DNA of 40,156 nt, taken from positions 48,086,507-48,126,662 of the forward strand of contig NC_057718.1 of the NCBI RefSeq assembly GCF_004010195.1, given 5' to 3'. Shown one piece after another: positions 11,593 through 23,420 of the stretch (positions are counted from its first letter, which is position 1; the number at the start of each line of letters is the position of its first letter). Made by a program: the position numbers and the translations under genes. This stretch comes from Chiloscyllium plagiosum. Taxonomy: Eukaryota. A model generated the notes under the pieces. It did no database searches. It was not told where the DNA came from and saw only the letters and a program-made list of their open reading frames with translations.

Positions 11593-13245
11593 CAGAATTA
11601 CAAAATCACAGAATTGTTACAGCACAGAAGGAGGCCATTCTGCCCATTGTGACTGCACTGGCTTCTTAAATGATCATCATTGCCTAGTACCAATCATCTC
11701 CTGCTTTTTCACGATTCCTTTGCATATTATTTTTATCCAAATAATCATCCAATGTCTTCTGCATTACCTGAATTGAATCTGTCTCCACCACACCTCCAAC
11801 TACACATTGACTGAAAAAGATTTTCCTCACTTTCACCCTTGCTTCTTTTGCAGATCACTTTAAATCTATACCCTCTTATTCTTATTCCTTTTGCGAGTGA
11901 TGGAAATTTCTCACTATCTACTCTTTTCAGTTTGATTTATGATTTTGAAAACCTCTATCAGATCCTCTTAGCCTTCTTCTCTCCAAAGAAAACAATCCCA
12001 ACTTCTTCAATCTATCCTCAAAATTGAAGTTCCTCATTCCTAGACCTCTTCTTATAAATTCTTTTTGCCGCTCTCCAATGCATTCACATACTTCCTAAAA
12101 TGTGGCAATTAGAACAGTACACAATACTCCAGCTGACATCTAAAAAATGATCTATACAAATTCAACATCACCTCCTTACTCTTGTACTCTAGGCCTGGAT
12201 GAATAAAACTGAAGATACTGAATGTTTTACTGACTGTGCTCTCTACCTGTCCTGCCATTTTCAATGATCTTTTCACATATACCTTCAGGTTGTTCTGCTC
12301 CTGCACCCCTATTTTATGTTATCTTTCATTGTTCTTTCTTCCAAAATGCATTACCTCAAATTTCTCAGCATTGAAACCTATCCACTGCCTATCTGACTAC
12401 TCCACCAACTTGTCTACAGTCTTCCAGAGTTTTCCACTGTCCTTCTCACAGTTTACAATTTTTCCAAGATTTGTGTAATTTGCAAACTTTGAAATTGCCC
12501 CTGAACACCAAGATTCTACATCGTTAATATATTTCAGGAAAAGCAAGGATCCTAATACTGACACCTGCAAAGTTCCACTACAAACTTCTTCCAGGGCAAA
12601 AAATAATCAGTTGACAATTACTCAGCCAATTTTGCAACCAAGATGCTACTGACCCTTTTATTCCATGATCCATAACTTTCCTCACAAGTCTATTTTGTTG
12701 CACCGATCCATCACTTGCTGAAAGTCCATGTACCCCACATCAACATTGTTGTGCTCATTGAGCCTTCAAATAATTCCACCAAGTTAATGAAACAATCTTT
12801 TCTCTTTAGAAATCCATGCTGACTCTTCATAATCAACCAGTTTATCCATGTAACTATTAATTCTATCCCAAATAATTGTCTCTAAAAGCTTCCCCACCTC
12901 TAAAGTTAAACAGACTGGTCTGACATTGCTGGGTTTGTCCTTACAAACATTTTGAACAAGGCCATAATGTTTTGAATTTTCCAATCTTATGACACCTCTC
13001 CCAAGTCAAGGGAAGACTGAAAGATTGTGACCAGTGCCTGTACAATTTCCACTCTTACTTTCTTCAATATTTTTTGATGCCTCTCATCCAGTCCCAATGC
13101 CTTGCCAACTTGAAGTACTAACTGTCTATCTAACACTTTTGCCCTATCAATTTTGAACCTTTAGCAATGAGTTCCTTTCTTTGCCACCATAGCTTGGTTG
13201 TGTCTCTCTTTAGTAAAGACACATGCAAAGTATTCATTTAATACA
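11593..13245 (-). mobile_element. CR1 LINE, 5'-truncated and degenerate (RT region to tail)
   Basis: Minus ORFs PSNVRPVCLTLEVGKLLETII and GLEYKSKEVMLNLYRSFFRCQLEYCVLF; tail repeats at about 11593-11620. Confidence 0.88.
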
Positions 13246-13250
13246 TAAGC

Positions 13251-13453
13251 TGTGCATGAGTTTCCTCCTGGTGCTCCGGTTTCCTCCCACAGCCCTAAGA
13301 TGTGCAGGTTAGGTGAATTGGCTACTCTACGTAGTGTTAGGTGTATTAGTCAGAGGTAAATATAGGGGGGTGGGTTTCTCTTCGGAGGGTTGGTGTGAAC
13401 TTGTTGGGCTGAAGGGCCTGTTTCAACACTGTAGGGAATGTAATCTAATCTAA
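13251..13453 (+). mobile_element. HE1-type V-SINE, 5'-truncated
   Basis: ggtgctccggtttcctcccacag...gatgtgcaggttagg V-domain and a tail ending taatctaatctaat. Confidence 0.88.
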
Positions 13454-13565
13454 TCATATTTGTAATACATGCAAGAGTTTACATTGCATTCACAATCACC
13501 ACTAGATGGAACCAGTGTGCTAAATATATAATATATACATTATATTTAAATTGTACTTAAATTTA

Positions 13566-13889
13566 AGAGTTATAGATTCCCAACAGTGTGGAAAGAGGCT
13601 ATTCAGCCCATCAAGTCTGCACCACCCCTCTGAAGACACTCCTGCCTTATCCTCATATCCCTCCATTTCCAATGGCTAACCCACCAAGCCTGGACAACCC
13701 TGGACACTATGTGGCAATTGAGCATGGCCAATCCATCTAACCTGCACATATTTGGACTGTGGCAGGAGATTGGAGCACCCTGCAGAAACTCACACAGACA
13801 TGGGGAAATTGTGGGGTCGTCACCCAAGTCTGGGATTGAACTCAGGTCCCTGACATTATGAAGCAGTAGTGCTAACCGCTGTGCTGCCC
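13566..13889 (-). mobile_element. HE1-type V-SINE, near full length
   Basis: The minus strand starts gggcagcacagcggttagcact, with a tRNA-like B box (gagttcaatccc), V-domain and CR1-like tail. Confidence 0.88.
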
Positions 13890-13894
13890 TAGTT

Positions 13895-14020
13895 TACAGG
13901 ATCTTCCTTCCAAACTCAGACGCCAACCTGGCTTTGAAATATATTGATGTACTTTCACTCTATCTGGCTGAGAAGTCTAGAACTCTCTTCCTTACAGCAT
14001 TGTGGGTGTAGCTATGCCAT
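13895..14020 (+). mobile_element. Decayed 3' fragment of another CR1/L2-clade LINE
   Basis: tttgaaatatattgatgtactttcact...gaactctcttccttacagcattgtgggtgtagcta resembles a WNSLP-type LINE 3' end. Confidence 0.45.
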
Positions 14021-14574
14021 GCTCATGCCTTTTGAAAGAATTTCAGAATGCCCACCCTCCAAAAAGGTCATAAATGTAAAATAGTCATGAATAAATCCAA
14101 TAAGGACAAAAATCTGGAGAAATTTCTTTGTTAGAGAGTGATTGAATATGAAATTTGCTACTCTTGTAAGCCAGCTGTAAGACATTGCAAGCACAATAGT
14201 AAAAAGGAGAAAGTAACCTACTTCCTTTATATATGTAAAGCTTTCTTTTTATACATTGCAGTTCTCATTGTAGGTTTTTCTGGCAAAATTGTCCCAATTG
14301 TCCAGTGTTTAGTGAGTCTTACAGTGTTTCAATCCAGCTGTTTTACATTTGTAATGTTTCCAGTTTTAACTTACCTATTTTACTAATCATCATGCATGGG
14401 TTGGTAATAGTCTCAGATCTTCTCACTGACCTGACAGAAACAGACCACATTAATAACTTCATTTGCTTAAGATAGTTAGGTGTTCTACAGGTTCAGGCAA
14501 TGTGTCAATTGTATGGGTGAACAGTATTAATGTGCTTCTTACTTTTTGTATGCTACTTTGCTTCTCATTTTCAG

Positions 14575-14643
14575 CTTAAATTACTGGCTAGCAGCAATGT
14601 GAAAAGGAGATCAAAATGTCAGCAAGTATTGTTAATTCCTTCA
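14575..14643 (+). other. Candidate 69-bp exon of an unidentified host gene
   Basis: Long pyrimidine tract ending cttctcattttcAG and a tca|GTAAGT donor. Length is a multiple of 3. Open in phase 0 (LKLLASSNVKRRSKCQQVLLIPS); an alternative frame ends LNYWLAAM*. Confidence 0.35.
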
Positions 14644-14687
14644 GTAAGTATTCAGGTGTACTTGCATCCTAAAGAGGATATTACAGT

Positions 14688-14820
14688 TTTGGATGTAGGT
14701 TTGCTCGCTGAGCTAGAAGGTTCGTTTTCAAATGTTTTGTCAGCATACTCAGTAACATCTTCTGTGAGCTTCCTAAAAAGCACTGGTTTCTTTTTATATG
14801 TTTGAGTTTCCTTGGGTTTC
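14688..14820 (-). mobile_element. Penelope-like (Poseidon-type) terminal repeat fragment
   Basis: Minus strand reads cagaagatgttactgagtatgctgacaaaacatttgaaaacgaaccttctagctcagcgagcaaacctacatcc, a decayed CTGANGA-stem-GAAAC hammerhead-type terminus. Confidence 0.55.
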
Positions 14821-16252
14821 CTGTTTAGGGATTGACAGGAACAAGGAATTAAATTGAAGAAAAGGTCCTTAAAGATTACTACCCGAGCCACGTGCAAATT
14901 GGCATAGGGACACAAGAATAAGGGAAGTAAATATGTGGGTAAAAGAGTGTTGCAGGAAAGAGGGGTCCTTTTTTGTGGGGCAATGGCATCAGAATTGGAA
15001 CAGGAGGGACCTGTACTGTTGGGATGGTCTCCAACTGAACCAAGCTGGGACCAATATTCGGGTGAAAAGGTAAATAGGGTGGTCAACAGGACTCTAAACT
15101 AGGAAGTGGGGGAGGGGGGTGCAGGGAAGGAGAAAACTACAAGAAGTATAATGGCCAATGGGAAACAAAGCAGCAGGTTAACATCTGTGGGGCCGGATTC
15201 AACTGCATGGAAAAATATGAAAAGTAGTAAAAAGGGAACTCTGGAGCAGTTATTAAACACAAATAGAACACAAAATAGGACAGAGTGTTTGGAAAGGGTT
15301 AGATATCAAACTTCAAGCACACTCGATAAAGGGATGATAATGAAAAGAGGGACAATAAATACAGGACTGAAGGTGTTGTATCTGAATGAATGCAGTATAT
15401 GAAATAAGGTGTGTGGCACAGATTGAAATTGGTAAGTATGATGTGGTGGGCATCATGGAGACATGGCTGCAAGGAGATCAGGACAGGGAGCTAAATATCC
15501 AAGGATATGCATCCTGTGGAAAAGACAGGCAAGTGGGCAGAGGGGTGGGGTTGCCTTTGTGGTAAGAAATTAAATTAAATCAATAGCAAGAAATGATATT
15601 TGTGGCAGATAATGTAGAACCTATATGGATAGGGTTGAGTAATCGCAAATGTTAAAAAAATCCCACAATGGGAGTTATGCACAGGCCTCCAAACAGTAGT
15701 CAGGATGTGGGACACAAAATTCACTAGGAGATAGAAAAAGTGTCTAAGAAAGGCAAGGTTACAGTGATCATGGAGGATTTCAATTTTCAGGTAGACTGGG
15801 AAAATCAGACTGGTAATGAATCTCAAGAAAAGGAATTTGTGGAATGTCTACAAGATGGCTTTCTGGAACAGCTTGTGGAGGAGTTCATGAGGAAACAGGC
15901 AACTCTGGATTTAGTGTTGTGAAATGAGGCAGACTCAATAAGGGAGCTTAAGGAGAAGTAACCCTTAGGAGGCAGTGACCATAATATGATTGTATATACA
16001 ATGCAATTTGAGAGGGAAAAGTTGGAATCAGATGTAACAGTATTACAGTTGAATAAAGGCAACTACAGAGGCATGAAGGAGGAGCTGGGTAGAATTGACT
16101 GGCGAGGAGCCTGGCAGGAAAGACAGTAGTACAGCAGGAGTTTCTGGGGGTAATTCGGGAGACACCACAAAAACTCATTCCGAGGAAAAAGAAGCAAACT
16201 AAAGGAGGAAAAGGCAACCATGGCTGACTACAAATCAGAGACAGCATAAAAG

Positions 16253-16532
16253 AGATAATGAGGGCTGCAGTTGCTGGAGAGCCAGAGTCGATTACGTGTG
16301 GTGCTGAAAATGGCACAGCAGGTCCGGCAGCATCTGAGGAGCAAAAAAGTTGATGTTTTGGACATAACCCTTCATCAGGACTAGAGAGAGGAAGCAGGGG
16401 CTGAGATTTCTCAACACCCCCCCCCTTCCCCCTCCCCAATCCCAATGAAGGGTTATGCCAAAAACATTGACTCTCTTGCTCCTCAGATGCTATCTAGTCT
16501 GCTGTGCCTTTTCTAGCACCATAATTTATCGA
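16253..16532. mobile_element. Palindromic Penelope-like pseudo-LTR insert inside CR1, with a 17-bp TSD
   Basis: TSD cagagacagcataaaag (16236-16252) / cagggacagcataaaag (16533-16549). Inverted arms at about 16290-16376 and 16445-16532. Confidence 0.8.
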
Positions 16533-16821
16533 CAGGGACAGCATAAAAGCAAAAGAAAAAACATATAATGTGAAGAAGGACAATAGGAAGCAAGATGATT
16601 GGGAAACCTGCATAGACCAGCAGAGGACAACTAAAAAAGAAATAAGGAGGGAGAAGACTAAATATGTGGGTAAGCTAGCTAGTAACATAAAAGAAGAATG
16701 CGAGAGTTTCTTTAGATCTAGAAAAGGGCCAAACAGAGGCAAAAGTGGACATTGGGCACTGGAAAATGACGCTGGAGAGCTAATAATGGGGAACAAAGAA
16801 ATGATGAAGAAACTGAATAAG

Positions 16822-18040
16822 TAGAGTCATAGAGATGTACAGCATGGAAACAGACCCTTCAGTCCAACCCGGCCATGCCGACCAGATATACCAACCCAAT
16901 CTAGTCCCATCTGCCGCACTTGGCCCATATCCCTCCAAACCCTTCCTATTCATATACCCATCCAAATGCCTCTTAAATGTTGCAATTGTACCAGCCTCCA
17001 CCACGTCCTCTGGCAGCTCATTCCATACACGTACTACCCTGTGTGTGAAAATGTTGCCCTGTAGGTCTCTTTTATATCTTTCCCCTCTCACCCTAAATCA
17101 ATGTCCTCTAGTTCAGGACTCCCCAACCCCAGGGAAAAGACTTTGCCTATTTACCCTATCCATGCCACTCATAATTTTGTAAACCTCTATAAGGTTACCC
17201 TTCAGCCTCCGACGCGTCAGGGAAAACAGCCCCAGCCTGTTCAGCCAGTCCCTATAGCTCAAACCCTCCAACCCTGGCAACATCCTTGTAAATCCTTTCT
17301 GAACCCTTTCAGGTTTCACAACCAATAGAAAGGAGACCAGAATTGCATGCAATATTCCAACAGTGGCCTAACCGATGTCCTGTACAGCTGCAACATGACC
17401 TCCCAACTCCTGTACTCAATACTTTGACCAATAAAGGAAAGCATACCAAACGCCTTCTTCACTATCCTATCTACCTGCGACTCCACTTTCAAGAAGCTAT
17501 GAACCTGCACTCCAAGGTCTCTTTGTTCAGCAACACTCCCTAGGATCTTACCATTAAATGTACAAGTCCTGCTAAGATTTGCTTTCCCAAAATGCAGCAC
17601 CTCACATTTATCTGAATTAAACTCCATCTACCACTTCTCAGTCCACTGGCCCACCTGATCAAAATCCTGTTGTAATCGGAGGTAACCCTCCTTGCTGTCC
17701 ACTACACCTCCAACTTTGATATCATCTGCAAACTTACTAACTGTACCTCTTATGCTTGCATCCAAATCATTTATGTAAATGACAAAAAGTAGAGGACTCA
17801 GCACCGATCCTTGTGGCACTCCACTGGTCACAGGCCTCCAGTCTGAAAAACAACCCTCCACCACCACCTTCTGTCTTCTACCTTTGAGCCAGTTCTGTAT
17901 CCAAATGGCTAGTTCTCCCTGTATTCCATGAGATCTAACCTTGCTAACCAGTCTCCCATGGGGAACCTTGTCAAATACCTTACTGAAGTCCATAAAGATC
18001 ACATCTACCGCTCTACCCTCATCAATCCTCTTTGTTACTT
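16822..18040 (-). mobile_element. Relatively young 5'-truncated CR1/HER1 LINE nested in an older CR1
   Basis: Near-continuous RT: DFSKVFDKVPH...VPQGSVLSPLLFVIYINDL...KFADDIK...KCEVLHFG...RPLLEYCMQFWSP...RVWNELP, with few lesions (e.g. in-frame TAG at 17628-17630). The host sequence aagta|ctttgcatcag is split at this point. Confidence 0.95.
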
Positions 18041-19243
18041 TGCATCAGTCTTCATGGTGGAAGACATGAGTAACATCCCAAAAATTCAGGAGAGTCAGAG
18101 GACAGAGGTGAATATGGTGGCCATCAGGATTCTCTTAAGATAAACTTGCAGGTTGAGTCAGTATTTAGACAGGCAAAAACAATGTTGGCATTTATTTCGA
18201 GAGGACTAGAATATAAAAGCAGGGATGTACTTCTGAGGCTTTATAAGGCTCTAGTCCAGACCACATTTGGAATATTGTGACAAATGTTGGGCCCCATACC
18301 TCAGAAAGTTACACTAGCCCTGGAGTAGGTCGAGATGAGGTTCACAAGAATAATCCCAGGAATGAGAGGCTTAACATATGAGAAAGGTTATAAGACTCTG
18401 TGTCTTGATGAAATTTAGAAGGATGGGGTTGGGGGGGGGGGGGTGATCTGTTTGAAACTTACAGAATACTGAATGGCCTGGACAGAATGGATGTTGGAGA
18501 CTAGAAGTTGAAGGCATAGCTTTAAAGTAAAGGAAACACCCTTCAGCACAGGGATGAGGAGAAACATCTTTATCCAGAGAGCGGTTAATCTGGATAGAGT
18601 GGACTTGTTCTTCACACAGAAGGTAGTGAATCTGTGGAACTGATTGCCACAGAAAGGCTGTGGAGGCCGGGTCATTGAATGTATTTAAAGACAGAGATGG
18701 ATAGGTTCTTGATTTGTAAGAGGATCAAAGGTTATGGGAAGAAAGCAGAAGAATGGCGTTGAGAAACATATCAACCATAATCAAATTGTGAATCAAACTC
18801 AATAGGCAGAATGGTCTAATTATGCTCCTATATCTTTTGGTTTATGTTTTAAGGCAACATTTTAAAAAATACAGTGATCTCCTTTGTTCATGACGTTTGT
18901 TTGCAGCTGCCAGACTGAGGTTCAGGATTGGTGCTTTCATCAAGGATCTTTAATCTGATAAGTATAACAAAGGCAGATTGTTTTCCTGTGATTCTCAATA
19001 GCAAGATAATAAGATAGTTATTGCAATTACTGTGGTCACTCTTGTCTTGTACAGAATTTTTGCATCAAGTACATTCTGGGACCATGCCCTGTTCCTTCAA
19101 CAGAGATTAAGAAGTTTATGTGTTTGTTGCAGTTGTAGCAGTTTCCTGCACTTGAAGATTCTTGGTATACCACAATAAGCCAAAACTTTGTCAATAATGA
19201 TCCAGTCAATAGATTTGCTGAGCTCTTCCACTATGGGTTTAAC

Positions 19244-19555
19244 ATCCATAAGACCATAAAGCATACGAGCAGAAATTAGGCCATTTGGCCCATTGAGTCT
19301 GCTCTGCCATTCAATCATAGCTGATAAGTTTCTTATCTTCATGCTCCCACTTTCTCCCTGTAACCTTTGAACCTCTTGACAATTAATCACTGGCTGCTGT
19401 CCTGAAAACTCCCCTTTTATCCCCACTCTCTGCGTTCTGCCAGTCAGCCAATCCTCTGTCCATGCCAGTATCTTATCCCTAACATCATGGGCTGTCTTGC
19501 TTAGCAGGCTCCTGTGTGGCACCTTGTCAAAGGCCTTTTAGAAATCCGAATAGAT
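19244..19555 (-). mobile_element. CR1 fragment (tail fused to an RT segment by internal deletion)
   Basis: Tail ccataagaccataa; KAFDKVPHRSLLSK...ILAWTEDWLTGRTQRVGIKG. Confidence 0.85.
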
Positions 19556-19561
19556 CAGTCA

Positions 19562-20304
19562 GTCATATAAACGATTTGGATGAGAATTTAGGAGGCATGA
19601 TTAATAAATTTGTGGATAACACCAAACTTGTGGTATTGTGGACAGTGAAGATTACAAAGGGATCTTGATCAATTGGGCCAGTGGGATGAGGAATAGAGTT
19701 TCATTTTGATAAATGCAAGGTATTGTATTTTGGTAAAACAAACAAGGGCAGGACTTATACAGTTAATAGAAGGGTCCTGGGTAGTTTTGTAGAACAGAGA
19801 CCTAGGGGTTCAGGTACATAGTTGTTTGAAAGCTGTGTCACAGATGAACAGGGTGATTAAGCAGGCATTTCGTACACTTGCCTTTATTGCTCTGATCAAA
19901 TTAAGTATGAGTTGGGACAACATGTGGCTCTACAGGGTGTTGGTGAGGTCTCTTCTAGAATACTGTGGGCAGTTCTGGTCATCATGTTTTAGGAAGGATA
20001 TTATTAAATTGGAGAGGGTTTAGAAAGATTTACTGGGATGTTGCCAGGAATGGAGGGTTTGAGTTATAGAAATAGGTTGGATATCTGGGACCTTTTTTCA
20101 TTTGAACATGGCAGGTTGAGGGGTGACCTTGTAAAGGTTTGTAAAGTCATGACACGCATAGATAAGGTGAATAGCAAGTGTTTTTTCCCCTAGGGTAGTG
20201 GAGTTCAAAACTGGGGGGCACATTTTTAAGGTGAGAGGAGAAAGATTTAAAAAGGACATGAGGGACAACTTTTTTTTTTAAACACAAAGGATGGTTCTTA
20301 TGTA
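19562..20304 (+). mobile_element. CR1 LINE RT C-terminal fragment running into the gap
   Basis: INDLDENLGGMINKFVDNTKL, LYRVLVRSLLEYCGQFW, IIKLERV. Confidence 0.88.
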
Positions 20305-20804
20305 NNNNNNNNNNNNNNNNNNNNNNNNNNNNNNNNNNNNNNNNNNNNNNNNNNNNNNNNNNNNNNNNNNNNNNNNNNNNNNNNNNNNNNNNNNNNNNNN
20401 NNNNNNNNNNNNNNNNNNNNNNNNNNNNNNNNNNNNNNNNNNNNNNNNNNNNNNNNNNNNNNNNNNNNNNNNNNNNNNNNNNNNNNNNNNNNNNNNNNNN
20501 NNNNNNNNNNNNNNNNNNNNNNNNNNNNNNNNNNNNNNNNNNNNNNNNNNNNNNNNNNNNNNNNNNNNNNNNNNNNNNNNNNNNNNNNNNNNNNNNNNNN
20601 NNNNNNNNNNNNNNNNNNNNNNNNNNNNNNNNNNNNNNNNNNNNNNNNNNNNNNNNNNNNNNNNNNNNNNNNNNNNNNNNNNNNNNNNNNNNNNNNNNNN
20701 NNNNNNNNNNNNNNNNNNNNNNNNNNNNNNNNNNNNNNNNNNNNNNNNNNNNNNNNNNNNNNNNNNNNNNNNNNNNNNNNNNNNNNNNNNNNNNNNNNNN
20801 NNNN
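20305..20804. other. Assembly gap (500 N)
   Basis: Run of exactly 500 N, probably an arbitrary scaffolding size. Confidence 0.99.
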
Positions 20805-21125
20805 TGTTTTTTCCTGAAAACAGTGGGCAATGTTTTGTTTGGCAGCGGAGGGAGAAGTGTGACTGGTGGGGTGGGGGGGGGGAAACATGTCAGGTAATCC
20901 AAGCTCTAAACTTAGGGAAAAGCCAACAAATTTCATCAAGATCTGGCAACTATCATTAGAAAATAGTGTATACCATTAGAGCAAGTCATTTTTGGACTTA
21001 AAAGCTTTAAATGTAAACCATTAGGCAAAACAAATGTTAAAAATCTATTTTTTGATTCATTAAGAGGTATTAAATGCTACTTTTGATTTGCTTTTGTTTG
21101 TAGTAATTCTACTGCTTGATTTCAG

Positions 21126-23420
21126 ACACACCTAAATTTATCTAATGAATGTGACTTCTGAAATTTATTTGGATAGTTCAGATCTAGCTGACATCTACTA
21201 CCATGTAGACCACATTTGGTATGAAAATGTTTTTAATCTGTATAATTTTACAGCCCTATGTTGAGTGGATTCTATTCTAGAGCAATAGCTTTGCACAAAG
21301 CCTCAAGCCTTGCGCACACTTTCTTGAAAATCATTTAACTTTGTTTCTACAAACTGTATACTCATGTCATCCAGTTGAAAATGATTCACAAAGTCTCACT
21401 TTGGTGACCGTATAAAGGTTTTGGGATATGTGGTGATATAAAGTCACAACACTTTGTTACATATCCCTTAGCAGAACTTCACATTTCCAAAATGTCCTGG
21501 TTCTCAAAGGATATGATTTATAGCCAAAGCACTAATGTCCTACCAAGAATTCCGGTAATGCTTCTAAGATACATTTATTAGACCAAACTTAAAGTCTAAA
21601 ATCTCTATATAGAGGAAAATAAGAATTCTATGTACATTCCATCGATCTCTTAATGTTTGAAGTTACCTGAGGGAAATGGTTGCTCAAATTGCTTAATATT
21701 GGTAATTGAACTTTTCCATTTGAAAGGAAATGAGAGTTCAAAGTCTATAGAAGCTTTGAATATCAATTGTTGTATATCTTAAATTATCAAGTCAACTTCT
21801 GAACCTTGGAAATTAGACTAATTGCCTTTTTCGGCCTTCTTTCTTTGCTTCATGTACAATGATTTAGATTTCCTGTAATTCTTGATCACAGATCATTACA
21901 AATAGGGAGCTTACAAGATTGACTGATTTGTCAGAGTAATGGAAAAATCGTCAAGTGTTGCTACATTTTTGTGTGGCATTGGTGCAAATTAGAATTGGGA
22001 GAAGAACATTTAATGCAAAGTACATTGCTTTGAACAAACTCCCTCCAGTTGAGGGAAATGAGGATCATTTTCGACAGCCTTGTTGCCACTGCAATTCAGT
22101 CTGTTCCAAAAAGACTGAATCTATAGATCCTGCCACATGTGGGGCAGACTATTTTAGAGGGTTGCGTAGATGGGTTATTTGTATGTCTGTACACTTGTTT
22201 GAATGCCTGGACATTGTCTATACATACCTCAAAGTCTTTGGATGTGTTTAGTCACCCAAATTAGCTTTTCCCTTTTGTCAGTCACAGACCATGGCCTCCA
22301 GTAAGTGAATGGGTGGGCATGTTTGACTTTGTTTTGAAGATCTTTTTAAAATGATTATCAAAACAGCAGGATAATCTGTGTACTGTACCAATTGGTAATG
22401 TGATTCTTGTGATCATGAAGGATTGCTATCTCTGTCTACAACATTTGAATTTTTTTCCCCTACTACCATGGTTGCTGAACCTCATTTTTAAATGAGAGCC
22501 ACCTCCTTCATAATAAAACTAGTGCTCTTGTATAACCAAGGCTATACTGCTTAGTTCAGACTTTAATGAGCTAAATCTTACTGGGATGTGTTTCACACTG
22601 CTTTAGGGCATGCTATTTCTACCTTTTTGTTTTTGTTTGAGAATTGCTGCTGAAATACTGTAGATTTGCACAATCTTCCTGAGTGCTAATTATTCACTTC
22701 CTATGTTCATTTGGGATAAATTAACTTTTGAATTGGTACAAAAGGTTTACAGACCTTTTATATATAAAATATTTTTAGGGGAGGAAGAAGGGATAATCCT
22801 TGTATACGTGTATGTTATAAAAGTTTGTAGTTAAAGGTTGTAACTAAAATCAGTAAATTTACTTGTTCTTCAACACCCTTTTTAGTGTAATAAGCTGAAC
22901 TTGCAAACAATATTGCATGTCACCTTAAAGTGCCTGTGTCTGAACAGTTTCAAGAACTGCTATCTCTTCCTCAGTTGGAGAGGCAAATGTGATTCAGGTA
23001 TCAAAATGATGGAGATCAGTACTACAATTCAGTTCATTTCATAGTGAGTATAAAATATGCTGATAGAGCAGGGAGAAGAGCCATGCGAGGGTGGCAAGTG
23101 TGAACTCAGTACATCCTTTCTTTTCCTTTTTTATAAAATCAATATTTGAATAAGAAACCTTTACACTCAGCTTTTTCTTTTGATTTGTAATGAATCATAG
23201 GTTTTTTTTTCTTGAGTATGTTGTTATCCTAAATTTTGGTGCAGTTCTATGCATTTGCTTTTGTCTGCAAATCTACACTGCAGCATTCATCTGGAATTTT
23301 GTTCTTTATTGTATGTATTGCATTTTGTTTTCCTAAAGTAATTTGAACATCTTGACTAGCCGAACTATTTAAATGTAATGTGCATTATAAACTTGTTCTT
23401 GATAAAACTGGTTTGCGTCC
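21126..23420 (+). other. Repeat-free 3'UTR-like region or candidate terminal exon(s)
   Basis: Acceptors tgatttcAG (21124-21125) and ttcttgatcacAG (21890-21891), each followed by early stops. AU-rich with UGUA motifs, AATAAA at 22512, TATAAA/GATAAA variants at about 23387-23406 followed by a GU/U tract, and clustered miRNA seed matches. Confidence 0.4.

Larger units (their letters stand above)
14826..18845 (+). mobile_element. Long degenerate CR1 LINE (ORF1 esterase end, ORF2 endonuclease, RT C-terminus, tail) with two nested insertions and an internal deletion
   Basis: About 14875-15100 reads LLPEPRANWHR...DGLQLNQAGTN (SGNH esterase-like CR1 ORF1). From 15360: LKVLYLN, GIMETWL, VIMEDFNFQVDW, LDLVL, LGGSDHNMI (APE endonuclease). 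It resumes at about 18036, jumps at about 18125 to RGLEYKSRDVLLRLYKAL, and ends in a tail at about 18845. Confidence 0.88.

Noticed and set aside
19385..19620. Head-to-head CR1 pieces mimicking a twin-priming 5' inversion
   Set aside because: The two pieces belong to different subfamilies and the minus piece has its own matching tail, so independent insertions are simpler.
20147..20959. Longest ORFs in the track (213-251 aa)
   Set aside because: Artefacts of reading through the N gap.
21955..22251. 98-aa Cys-rich ORF (CCHCNSVC)
   Set aside because: GTG start, no recognised domain, and it lies in UTR-like sequence.
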